Assembly (NCBI GenBank): GCA_964016885.1
Contig: OZ024744.1
Span: 34,224,001 to 34,288,000 of the forward strand
Direction of reading: 5' to 3'
Origin: Eledone cirrhosa
Lineage: Eukaryota
DNA: 64,000 bases
Position numbers and translations under genes: made by a program. Below, one piece after another: positions 51,790-64,000 of the stretch. Every line of letters begins with the position of its first letter. Position 1 is the first letter of the stretch. The notes beneath the pieces were generated by a model. The model worked only from the letters and a program-made list of their open reading frames with translations. It made no database searches and had not been told where the DNA came from.

Positions 51790-52560
51790 CTAAGTTAGTC
51801 AGCAAGCCAGCAAGCAAACCAGTAAGCAAGCCAGCAAGCAAGCCAGTAAGCAAGTCAGTAAACAAGTCAGTAAGCAAGTCATTAAGCAAGCCAGCAAGGC
51901 AGTCATAACAAGCCAGCAAGCAAGCCAGACTTAGCAAGCCAGTCATAGCAAGGCAGTAAGTAAGCTAGTCATATCAAGCCAGCCATTGCAAGCCAGCAAG
52001 CAAGCCATTCATAGCAAGCCACCAAGCAAGCCAGTCATAGCAAGCCAGTAAGTAAGCTAGTCATAGCAAGCCAGCAAGCAATCAATCCATAGCAAGCCAG
52101 CAAGCAAGCCAGCCATTGCAAGCCAGCAAGCAAGCCATTCACAGCAAGCCAGCAAGCAAGCCATTCATAGTAAGCCAGCAAGCCAGCAAGCAAGCCAGTC
52201 ATAGCAAGCCAGGAACCAAGCCAGTCATAACAAGCCAGCAAGCAAGCCAGTCATAGCAAGCCAGCAAGCAAGCCAGTCATAGCAAGCTAGCAACCAAGTC
52301 AGTCATAGTAAGCCAGTAGGTAAGCCAGTCATAGCAAGTTAGCAAGCAAACCAGCAACAAAGCCAGCTATAGCAAGCCAGCCATAGCAAGACATCAAGCA
52401 AGCCAGCCATAGCAAACCAGCAAGCAAGTCAGTAAGCAAGCAAGCCAGCAACAAAGCCAGCTATAGCAAGCTAGTCATAGCAAGACATCAAACAAGCCAG
52501 CCATAGCAAACCAGCAAACAAGTCAGTAAGCAAGTTAGCCCACTAGTCAACTAGCAAACA
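51790..52560. repeat. AGC(A/C)-based minisatellite (CAAGCCAGCAAG / CAAGCCAGTCATAG units)
   Basis: Direct inspection of the tandem 4-nt-period variants. Confidence 0.9.
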
Positions 52561-52819
52561 ACGAACGACACGGTTTCAAAACAAACTGAGACCGCTGTCA
52601 GCAACACTAAAAAGATCCCCTCTTAGCTTCCTGCGGGGGACGACAAAAATTTAGAAAAAGTAATTTTCAGAGTATAGGAGGCAAAAAGGATTGCATAAAA
52701 GAAGAGTGACAGGGTAAGCCCCAAATATCCGTCCAACTTGATGGAAAACACCCTTAGTTGTAGTCACATACCGCACAATTGAAGCTAAGTCATGCAAGGT
52801 GGAGCGGGCAACCGAGGCC

Positions 52820-53873
52820 CGAATCCCCAAAGCTTTTGATAGGATCAATTATCGGCTGTCCTTAGAGCGGCTGGTTTCGGGCTCATTTTTAGGAGCTGAT
52901 GGCGATGAACTATAGAGAGCAGTGGATGACATCACCACGTTAGTTTCGGAAACCACGGAATCGGATGTGGTCGACAATGGTTTAAATTAGTGGGCTTGTG
53001 GGATGGCACCTGGGAAGGCAAATCCATGTCGTCGGATAGTGTCGTGGGACACAGGACCGATGGCCCAGTTAAACCCCTTGGTGGTCTGGTTAATCCAGAC
53101 CTCAAGGGGGACAGGAACTGAGATGAGGTTATGAACAAGTTCACAGGTTTCACTCAGAAATCGACTAAGTGGAAGCTATCCCTGAAACGTCGGGCACATA
53201 TAATGAATTCTTGTTTCCTCCAACATCCTTTATCGGCTGATCCCCATGCCTTGTCAGTCCTCATCAAACCAGATAGAGGCGTCTGTTCTTCCACTTCTCG
53301 TGGAAAGGCTGTGTCCCACTGATTAGGTGATCCGTCTACTGCCAACACCCACTGCATGGGGGACTCGACATGCTGTGGTTGTTGATTCGGAAACATGCAC
53401 CATGGTTGAAACATTTGAAGACACCTGGACGGCGAGCGAGTGTGGTCGCCTTTTGTCAGATACACTTACCCGCAACTCATTTCTCCGAGGAAAGAAAAGA
53501 CCAAGGCAGGCTACCTGACACCTAGAATGTTGTCAGACGCTTAAACGTCTCTACTAATCGGTGGATAGTGGTGTAGAAGTGTGACAACGCTCTCGACGAA
53601 AACGAACTGGTTTGTCTGTCCCGGAGCACTTTCGGTTGGGCGACGGTTGATAATTTCCAAAAACAATTGACCAAACAGTACTATCTGTACTGATTTGAGA
53701 TAAACTTTACATGGATGAAAATTCTGTCTGAGAAGCATGCAGAGTGACGGGACTGCTCTGCACACACTAGTTCAATGTCTGTGTACTATTGACTTATTGA
53801 ATAACTGTTGATGTGTGTAAGATGGTTCTGACTATCGACAGAGTCCACGGGGGCTATGGCGAAAGAAGTTGTC
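52820..53873 (+). pseudogene. Decayed Tx1/L1 RT and C-terminal region
   Basis: KAFDRINYR, WEGKSMSSDSVVGHRTDGPVK, WKLSLKRRA and TLVQCL, collinear with 2774-4195. Confidence 0.75.
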
Positions 53874-56800
53874 TATCTCAGCTTCTAATACTAGAGTTGT
53901 ATTACAATGTAAGCTGTTCACTACCAGTGAACTGAGATAACACTACTTATCTCAGCGTCTAACACTAGAGTTGTATTACGGTGTTGTTCACTACCAGTGA
54001 ATTAAGGTAACACACCTTATCTCAGCGTCTAACCCTAGAGATGTATTACAGTGTTGTTCACTACCAGTGAATTGAGATAACACCCCTTCTCTCAGCTTCT
54101 AATACTAGAGATGTATTACAGTGTTAGATGTTCACTACCAGTGAACTGAGATAACACCCCTTATCTCAGCTTCTCATACTAGAGATGTATTACAGTGTTG
54201 TTCACTACCAGTGAACTGAGATAACACCCCTTATCTCAGCTTCTTATACTAGAGATGTATTACAGTGTTGTTCACTACAAGTGAACTGAGATAACACCCC
54301 TTATCTCAGCTTCTAATACTAGAGATGTATTACAGTGTTATATATTCACTACCAGTGAACTGAGATAACACCCCTTATCTCAGCTTCTCATACTAGAGAT
54401 ATATTACAGTGTTGTTCACTACCAGCGAACTGAGATAACACCTCTTATCTCAGGTTCTAACACTAGAGATGTGTTACTGTGTTGTTCAATACCAGTGAAC
54501 TGAGATAACACCCCCTATCTCTGCTTCTAATACTAGAGATGTATTACAGTGTTAGCTGTTCACTACATGTGAACTGAGATAATACCTTTATATCTGAGAG
54601 TCTAACACTTGAGATGTATTACAGCGTTGGCTGTTCACTACCACTGAACTGAAATAACACCCCTTATCTCAACGTCTAACACGAGATGTATTACAGTGTT
54701 GTTCACTACCAGTAAACTGAGGTGACACCCCTTATCTCAGCTTCTAATACTAGAGATGTATAACAATGTTAACTGTTCACTACTAGTGAACTCAGATAAC
54801 ACCCCTTATCTTAACTTCTAATATTACAGATATATTACAGTGTTAGCTGTTCACTACCAGTGAACTGAGGTAACACCTCTTATCTCAGCGTCTAATACTA
54901 GAGATGTATTACAGTGTTGTTCACTACCAGTGAACTGAGATAAAACCCCCTCATCTCAGCTTCTAACAATAGAGTTGTATTACAGTGTTGTTCACTACCA
55001 GTAAACTGAGATAACACCCCTTATCTCAGCTTCTAATACTAGAGATGTATTACAGTGTTAGATGTTCACTACCATTGAACTGATGTAACACCCCTTATCT
55101 CAGCGTCTAACACTAGAGATGTATTAAAGTGTTAGCTGTTCACTACTAGTGAACTGATATAACACCCCTTATCTCAGCTTCTAATACTAGAGATGTATTA
55201 CCGTGTTAGCTGTTCACTACTAGTGAACTGAGATAACACCCCTTATCTCAGCTTCTAATACTAGAGATGTATTACAGTGTTAGATGTTCATTACCAGTGA
55301 ACTGAGACATCACCCCTTATCTCAGCTTCTAATACTAGAGGTGTATTACGGTGTTAGCTGTTCATTACCAGTGTACTGAGAAAACAACCCTTATCTCAGC
55401 TTCTAATACTAGAGATGTATTACAGTGTTGTTCAATACCAGGGAACTGAGATAACACCCTTATCTCAGCTTCTAATAGTAGAGATGTATTACAGTGTTAG
55501 ATGTTCACTACGATTGAACTGATGTAACAGCACTTAGCTCAGCGTCTAAGAGTAGACTTGTATTACATTGTTGTTCACTACCAGTGAACTGAGGTAACAC
55601 CCCTTATCTCAGCTTCTAATACTAGAGATGTATTACAGTATTGTTCACTACCAGTGAACTGAGGTAACACCCCTTATCTCAGCGTCTAACACTAGAGATG
55701 TATTACGGCGTTAGATGTTCCCTACCAGTGAACTGAGGTAACACCTCTTATCTCAGCGTCTAACACTAGAGATGTATTACAGTCTTGTTCACTACCAGTG
55801 AACTGAGAGCACACCACATATTGCAGTTTCTAATACTAGAGATGTATTACAGTGTTGTTAACTTCCAGTGAACTGAGATAACACCCCTTATCTCAGCTTC
55901 TAATACTAGAGATGTATTACAGTGTTAGATGTTCACTACGATTGAACTGATGTAACAGCACTTAGCTCAGCGTCTAAGAGTAGAGTTGTATTACAGTGTT
56001 GTTCACTACCAGTGAACTGAGATAACACCCCTTATCTCAGCGCCTAATACTAGAGATGTATTACAGCGTTGTTCACTACCAGTGAACTGAGATAACACCC
56101 CTTAACTGAGCTCCTAATACTAGAGATGTATGACAGTGTTAGATGTTTATTACCAGTGAACTGAGATAACACCCCTTATCTCAGCTTCTAATACTAGAGA
56201 TACATTACAGTGTTAGCTGTTCACTACCAGTGAACTGAGATAACACCCTTTATCTCAGCTTCTAATACTAGAGATGTATTACAGTCTAAGCTGTTCACTA
56301 CCAGTGAACTGAGATAACACCCCTTATCTCAGCTTCTAATACTAGAGATGTATTACAGTGTTAGATGTTCACTAACAGTGAACTGAGACAACACCCCTTA
56401 TCTCAGCGTCTAAGAGTAGAGTTGTATTACATTGTTGTTCACTACCAGTGAACTGAGGTAACACCCATTATGTCAGCGTCTAACAGTAGAGATGTATTAC
56501 AGTGTTGTTCACTACCTGTGAACTGAGATAACACCCCTTATCTCAGCTTCTAATACTAGAGATATATTACAGTATTGTTCACTACCAGTGAACTGAGGTA
56601 ACACCCCTTATCTCAGCGTCTAACACTAGAGATATATTACAGTGTTAGATGTTCACTACCAGTGAACTTAGATAACCCCTTATCTCAGCGTCTAACACTA
56701 GAGATGTATTACAGCGTTAGATGTTCCCTACCAGTGAACTGAGGTAACACCCCTTATCTCAGCGTCTAACACTAGAGATGTATTACAGTCTTGTTCACTA

Positions 56801-59800
56801 CCAGTGAACTGAGAGCACACCACTTATCGCAGTTTCTAATACTAGAGATGTATTACAGTGTTGTTAACTTCCAGTGAACTGAGATAACACCCCTTAACTC
56901 AGCTTCTAATACTAGCGATATATTACAGTGTTAGCTGTTCACTACCAGTGAACTGAGATAAAATCCCTTATCTCAGCGTCTAATACTAGAGATGTATTAC
57001 AGTGTTGTTCACTACCAGTGAACTGAGATAACACCCCTTATCTGAGCTCCTAATACTAGAGATGTATGACAGTGTTAGATGTTTATTACCAGTGAACTGA
57101 GATAACACCCCTTATCTCAGCTTCTAATACTAGAGATATATTACAGCGTTAGCTGTTCACTACCAGTGAACTGAGATAACACCCCTTATCTCAGCTTCTA
57201 ATACTAGAGATGTATTACAGTGTAAGCTGTTCACTACCAGTGAACTGAGATAACACCCCTTATCTCAGCTTCTAATACTAGAGATGTATTACAGTGTAAG
57301 CTGTTCACTACCAGTGAACTGAGGTAACACCCATTATGTCAGCGTCTAACAGTAGAGATGTATTACAGTGTTGTTCACTACCTGTGAACTGAGATAACAC
57401 CCCTTATCTCAGCTTCTAATACTAGAGATGTATTACAGTGTGGTCACTACCAGGGAACTGAGATAACACCTTTATCTCAGCTTCTAATACTAGAGATGTA
57501 TTACAGTGTAAGCTGTTCACTACCAGTGAACTGAGATAACACCCCTTATCTCAGCTTCTAATACTAGAGATGTATTACAGTGTTAGATGTTCACTAACAG
57601 CGAACTGAGACAACACCCCTTATCTCAGCGTCTAACACGAGATGTATTACAGTGTTGTTCACTACCAGTGAACTGAGGTAACACCCCTTATCTCAGCTTC
57701 TAATACTAGAGATGTATTACGGTGTTAACAGTTCACTGCCGGTAAACTTAGATGACACCCCTTATCTCAGATTCTAATACTAGAGATGTATTACAGTGTT
57801 AGCTGTTCACGTTCAGTGAACTGAGATAACACCCATTATCTTAGCTTCTAATACTAGAGATATCTGATAGTGTAAGCTGTTCACTACCAGTGAACTGAGA
57901 TAACACCCCTTATCTCAGCGTCTAACGCTAGAGATGGATTACAGTGTTGTTCACTACCAGTGAACTGTGATAACACCCCTTATCTCACTTTCTAACAATA
58001 GAGTTGTATTACAGTGTTGTTCACTACCAGTGAACTGAGATAACACCCCATATCTCAGCTTCTAATACTAGAGATGTATTATAGTGTTAGATGTTCACTA
58101 CCAGTGAACTGAGATAAAATCCCTTATCTCAGCGTCTAATACTAGAGATGTATTACAGTGTTGTTCACTACCAGTGAACTGAGATAACAGCCCTTATCTG
58201 AGCTCCTAATACTAGAGATGTATGAGAGTGTTAGATGTTTATTACCAGTGAACTGAGATAACATCTCTTATCTCAGCTTCTAATACTAGAGATATATTAC
58301 AGTGTAAGCTGTTCACTACCAGTGAACTGAGATAACACCCCTTATCTCAGCTTCTAATACTAGAGATGTATTACAGTGTTAGATGTTCACTAACAGTGAA
58401 CTGAGACAACACCCCTTATCTCAGCGTCTAACACGAGATGTATTACAGTGTTGTTCACTACCAGTGAACTGAGGTAACACCCCTTATCTCAGCTTCTAAT
58501 ACTAGAGATGTATTACGGTGTTAACTGTTCACTGCCGGTAAACTCAGATGACACCCCTTATCTCAGATTCTAATACTAGAGATGTATTACAGTGTTAGCT
58601 GTTCACTAGCAGTGAACTGACATAACACCCCTTATCTCAGCTTCTATTACTACAGATGTATTACAGTGTTAGATGTTCACGTTCAGTGAACTGAGATAAC
58701 ACCCATTATCTTAGCTTCTAATACTAGAGATATCTGACAGTGTAAGCTGTTCACTACCAGTGAACTGAGATAACACATCTTATCTCAGCGTCTAACGCTA
58801 GAGATGTATTACAGTGTTGTTCAATACCAGTGAACTGTGATAACACTCCTAATCTCACCTTCTAACAATAGAGTTGTATTACAGTGTTGTTCACTACCAG
58901 TGAACTGAGATAACACACCTTATCTCAGCTTCTCATACTAGAGATATATTACAGTGTTGTTCACTACCAGTGAACTGAGATAACACACCTTATCTCAGCT
59001 TCTAATACTAGATATGAATTACAGTGTTAGATGTTCACTTCCAGTGAACTGAGATAACATCACTTATCTTAGCGTCTAACACTAGTGATGTATTACAGTG
59101 TTAGCTGTTCACTACCAGTGAACTGAGGTAACACCCCTTATCTCAGCGTCTAACCCTAGAGATGTATTACAGTGTTGTTTACTACCAGAGAACTGAGATA
59201 ACCCCCTTATCTCAGCTTCTAATACTAGAGATGTATTACAGTGTTAGATGTTCACTACGATTGAACTGATGTAACAGCACTTAGCTCAGCGTCTAAGAGT
59301 AGAGTTGTATTACATTGTTGTTCACTACCAGTGAACTGAGGTAACACCCATTATGTCAGCGTCTAACAGTAGAGATGTATTACAGTGTTGTTCACTACCT
59401 GTGAACTGAGATAACATCCTTTATCTCAGCTTCTAATACTAGAGATGTATTACAGTATTGTTCACAACCAGTGAACTGAGATAACACCCCTTATCTCAGC
59501 TTCTAATACTAGAGATGTATTACAGTGTTAGATGTTCACTAACAGTGAACTGAGACAACACCCCTTATCTCAGCGTCTAACACGAGATGTATTACAGTTT
59601 TGTTCACTACCAGTGAACTGAGGTAACACCCCTTATCTCATCTTCTAATACTAGAGATGTATTACGGCGTTAACTGTTCACTGCCGGTAAACTCAGATGA
59701 CACCCCTTATCTCAGATTCTAATACTAGAGATGTATTACAGTGTTAGCTGTTCACGTTCAGTGAACTGAGATAACACCCATTATCTTAGCTTCTAATACT

Positions 59801-62800
59801 AGAGATATCTGACAGTGTAAGCTGTTCACTACCAGTGAACTGAGATAACACGCCTTATCTCAGATTCAAATACTAGATATGTATTACAGTGTTAGCTGTT
59901 CACTACATATGAACTGAGATAACACCTTTATATCTGAGAGTCTAACACTAGAGATGCATTACAGTCTTAGCTGTTAAGTACCAGTGAACTGAGATAAAAC
60001 CCCTTATCTCAGCGTCTAACACGAGATGTATTACAGTGTTTTTCACTACCAGTGATCTGAGGTAACACCCCTTATCTCAGCTTCTAATACTAGAGATGTA
60101 TAACAGTGTTAACTGTTCACTACCGGTAAACTGAGGGGACACCCCTTATCTCTGCTTCGAATACTAGAGATGTACTGCAGTGTTAGATGTTCACTACCAG
60201 TGAACTGAGATAACACCCCTTATCTCAGCGTCTAACACTAGAGATGTATTACAGTGTTGTTCACTACCAGTGAACTGAGAGCACACCACTTATTGCAGTT
60301 TCTAATACTAGAGATGTATTACAGTGTTAGATGTTCACTACCAGTGAACTGAGATAACACACCTTATCTCAACGTCTAACACTAGAGAAATATTACAGTG
60401 TTGTTCACTACCAGTGAACTGAGGTACCACCCCTTTATCTCAGCTTCTAATACTAGAGATGTATTCCATTGTTAACTGTTCACTACCAGTCAACTGAGAT
60501 AACACGCCTTATCTCAGCTTCTAATACTAGAGATGTTTTACAGCGTTAACTGTTCACTACCAGTGAACTGAGGTAACACCCCTTATCTCAGCTTCTCATA
60601 CTAGATATGTATTACAGTGTTGTTCACTACCAGTGAACTGAGATAACACGCTTTATCTCAGCTTCTAATACTAGAGATGTATTAGTGTTGTTCACTACCA
60701 GTGAATTGAGATAACACCCCTTATTTCAGCTTCTAACACTAGAGATGTATTACAGTGTTGTTCACTACCAGTGAACTGAGATAGCACCCCTTATCTCAGC
60801 GTCTAACACTAGAAATGTATTACAGTGTTATCTGTTCACTACTAGTCAACTGAGGTAACACCCCTTATCTTAGCTTCTAATACTAGAGATGTATTACCGT
60901 GTTGTTCACTACCAGTGAACTGAGATAACACCCCTTATCTCAGCTTCTAACACTAGAGATGTATTACAGTGTTAACCTTTCACTACCAGTGAACTGAGAT
61001 AACACCTCTCATCTCAGCGTGTGACACTGGAGATGTATTACAGTGTCAACTGTTCACTACCAGTGAACTGAAATAACACCCCTTATCTCAGCTTCTAACA
61101 CTAGAGATGTATTACAGTGTAAGCTGTTCATTACCAGTGAACTGAGATAACACCCCTTATCTCAGCTTCTAATACTAGAGATGTATTACAGTGATAGATG
61201 TTCACTAGCAGTGAACTGAGACAACACCCCTTATCTCAGCGTCTAACACGAGATGTATTACAGTGTTGTTCACTACCAGTGAACTGAGGTAACACCCCTT
61301 ATCTCAGCTTCTAATACTAGAGATGTATTACAGTGTTAACTGTTCACTGCCGGTAAACTCAGATGACACCCCTTATCTCAGATTCTAATACTAGAGATGT
61401 ATTACAGTGTTAGATGTTCACTACCTGTGAACTGGGATAACACCCCTTATCTCAGCGTCTAACACTAGAGATGTATTACAGTATTGTTCACTACCAGTGA
61501 ACTGAGATAACACCCCTTTCTCAGTTTCTAATACTAGAGATGTATTACAGTGTTAGATGTTCACTACCAGTGAACTGTGATAACACCCCTTATCTCACCG
61601 TCTAACACTAGAGATGTATTACAGTCTTGTTCACTACCAGTGAACTGAGGTACCACCCCTTTATCTCAGCTTCTAATACTAGAGATGTATTCCAGTGTTA
61701 ACTGTTCACTACCAGTAAACTTCGATAACCCCACTTATCTCAGCTTCTAATACTAGAGATGTATTACAGTGTTAGATGTTCACTAACAGTGAACTGAGGT
61801 AACACCCATTATCTTAGCGTCTAACAGTAGAGATGTATTACAGTGTTGTTCACTACCTGTGAACTGAGATAACATCCTTTATCTCAGCTTCTAATACTAG
61901 AGATGTATTACAGTATTGTTCACTACCAGTGAACTGAGATAACACCCCTTATCTGAGCTTCTAATACTAGAGATATATTACAGTGTTGTTCACTACCAGT
62001 GAACTGAGATAACACACCTTATCTCAGCGTCTAACACTAGAGATGTATTACAGTGTTGTTCAGAGTTAACACCTCTTATCTCAACGTCTAACTCTGGAGA
62101 TGTATTACAGCGTTGTTCTCTACCAGTGAACTGAGAGCACACCACTTATCGCAGTTTCTAATAATAGAGATGTATTACAGTGTTATTAACTACCAGTGAA
62201 CTGAGGTACCACCCCTTATCTCAGCTTCTAATACTAGAGATATATTCCAATGTTAACTGTTCACTACCAGTGAACTGAGATAACACCCCTTATCTCAGCT
62301 TCTAATACTAGAGATATATTACAGCGTTAACTGTTCACTACCAGTGAACTGAGGTAAGACCCCTTATCTCAGCTTCTCATACTAGATATGTATTACAGTG
62401 TTGTTCACTACCAGTGAACTGAGATAACACGCTTTATCTCAGCTTCTAATACTAGAGATGTATTACAGTGTTGTTCACTACCAGTGAACTGAGATAACAC
62501 CCCTTATCTCAGCGTCTAACACTTGAGATGTATTACAGTGTTGTTCACTACCACTAAACTGAGATAACACCCCTTATCTCAGCTTCTAATACTAGAGATG
62601 TATTACAGTGTTGTTCACTACCAGTGAACTGAGATAACACCCTTTATCTCAACTTCTAACACTAGAGATGTATTACAGTGTTGTTCACTACCACTGAACT
62701 GAGATAACACCCCTTATCTCAGCTTCTAATACTAGAGATGTATTACAGTGTTGTTCACTACCAGTGAACTGAAATAACACCCCTTATCTCAGCGTCTAAC

Positions 62801-64000
62801 ACTAGAGATGTATTACAGTATTGTTCACAACCATTGAACTGAGATAACACCCCTTTCTCAGTTTCTATTACTAGAGATGTATTACAGTATTGTTCACTAC
62901 CAGTGAACTGAGATAACACCCCTTATCTCAGCTTCTAATACTAGAGATGTATTACAGTGTTAGCTGTTTCACTACCAGTGAACTGAGGTAACACCCCGTA
63001 ACTAGCTTCTAATACTAGAGATGTACTACAGTGTTAACTGTTCATTAACAGTGAACTGAAATAACACCCCTTATCACAGCTTCTAACACTAGAGATGTAT
63101 TACAGGGATGTTCACTACCAGTGAACTGAGATAACACCCCTTATCTCAGCGTCTAACACTAGAGATGTATTACAGTGTTATCTGTTCACTACTAGTGAAC
63201 TGAGGTAACACCCCTTATCTCAGCTTCTAATACTAGAGATGTATTACCGTGTTCTTCACTACCAGTGAACTGAGATAACACCCCTTTCTCAGTTTCTAAT
63301 ACTAGAGATGTATTACAGTATTGTTCACTACCAGTGAACTGAGATAACACCCCTTATCTCAGCTTTTAATACTAGAGATGTATTACAGTGTTAACTGTTC
63401 ACTATCAGTGAACTGAGATAACACCCCATATCTCAGCTTCTAATACTAGAGATGTATTACAGTGTTGTTCACTACCAATGAACTGAGATAACACCACTTA
63501 TCTCAGCTTCTAATACTAGAGATGTATTACAGTGTAAGCTGTTCACTACCAGTGAACTGAGAGCACACCCCTTATCTCAGCTTCTAATACTAGAGATGTA
63601 TTACAGTGTTAGATGTTCACTACCAGTGAACTGAGATAACACCCCTTATCTCAGCTACTAATTCTAGAGATGTATTACAGTATTAACTATTCACTACCAG
63701 TGAACTGAGGTAACACCCCGTATCTCAGCTTCTAATACTAGAGATATATTACAGTGTTAACTGTTCATTAACAGTGAACTGAAATAACACCACTTATCTC
63801 AGCATCTAACACTAGAGATGTATTACAGTGTTATCTGTTCACTACCAGTGAACTGAGGTACCACCCCTTATCTCAGCTTCTAATACTAGAGATATATTCC
63901 AATGTTAACTGTTCACTACCAGTGAACTGAGATAACACCCCTTATCTCAGCTTCTAATACTAGAGATATATTACAGCGTTAACTGTTCACTACCAGTGAA
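53874..64000. repeat. Satellite DNA array, 70/74-bp monomer, about 140 copies, runs off the window
   Basis: Consensus GTTCACTACCAGTGAACTGAGATAACACCCCTTATCTCAGCTTCTAATACTAGAGATGTATTACAGTGTT with or without a 4-nt AGCT/AGAT/AACT insert; period checked at 54201 to 54271. Confidence 0.98.

Noticed and set aside
51764-52241. Leu/Ala/Gly-rich minus-strand ORFs
   Set aside because: Translation of the AGCA/AGCC minisatellite.
53874-64000. Palindromic tandem array resembling a CRISPR array or a ribozyme-bearing satellite
   Set aside because: There are no unique spacers and no cas genes, and the context is eukaryotic; I found no hammerhead or twister core in the monomer on either strand.

Overview
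Repeat-saturated animal genomic DNA with no prokaryotic features. It is probably cephalopod/octopod, inferred from the dominant tRNA-derived SINE family and the very dense (TA)n/(CA)n/(ATT)n microsatellites. No intact host gene is evident; the only candidate is a damaged secreted PAN/apple-domain gene near 38.3-43.6 kb. Positions 1-53.9 kb are a nest of transposable elements: Tx1/L1-type, RTE and CRE-type LINE fragments, many Penelope-like elements (RT + GIY-YIG), SINEs, a Chapaev3-type DNA transposon with TIRs and TSD, a hAT relic and Helitron-type ends. From 53.87 kb to the end lies a 70/74-bp satellite whose monomer is three consecutive hairpins. The main hidden signal is about 20 type I hammerhead ribozyme motifs in about 13 unrelated sequence families, read by eye on both strands. 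They occur in Penelope pseudo-LTRs and in small non-coding, (TA)n-flanked, retrozyme-like units with direct-plus-inverted repeats. These include U3-A8 core variants, a compensatory stem change and perfect snap-back palindromes at inversion junctions. One unit of the same design carries a tRNA-like fold instead of a recognisable hammerhead. All calls are manual; boundaries of degenerate elements are approximate and no database search was run.
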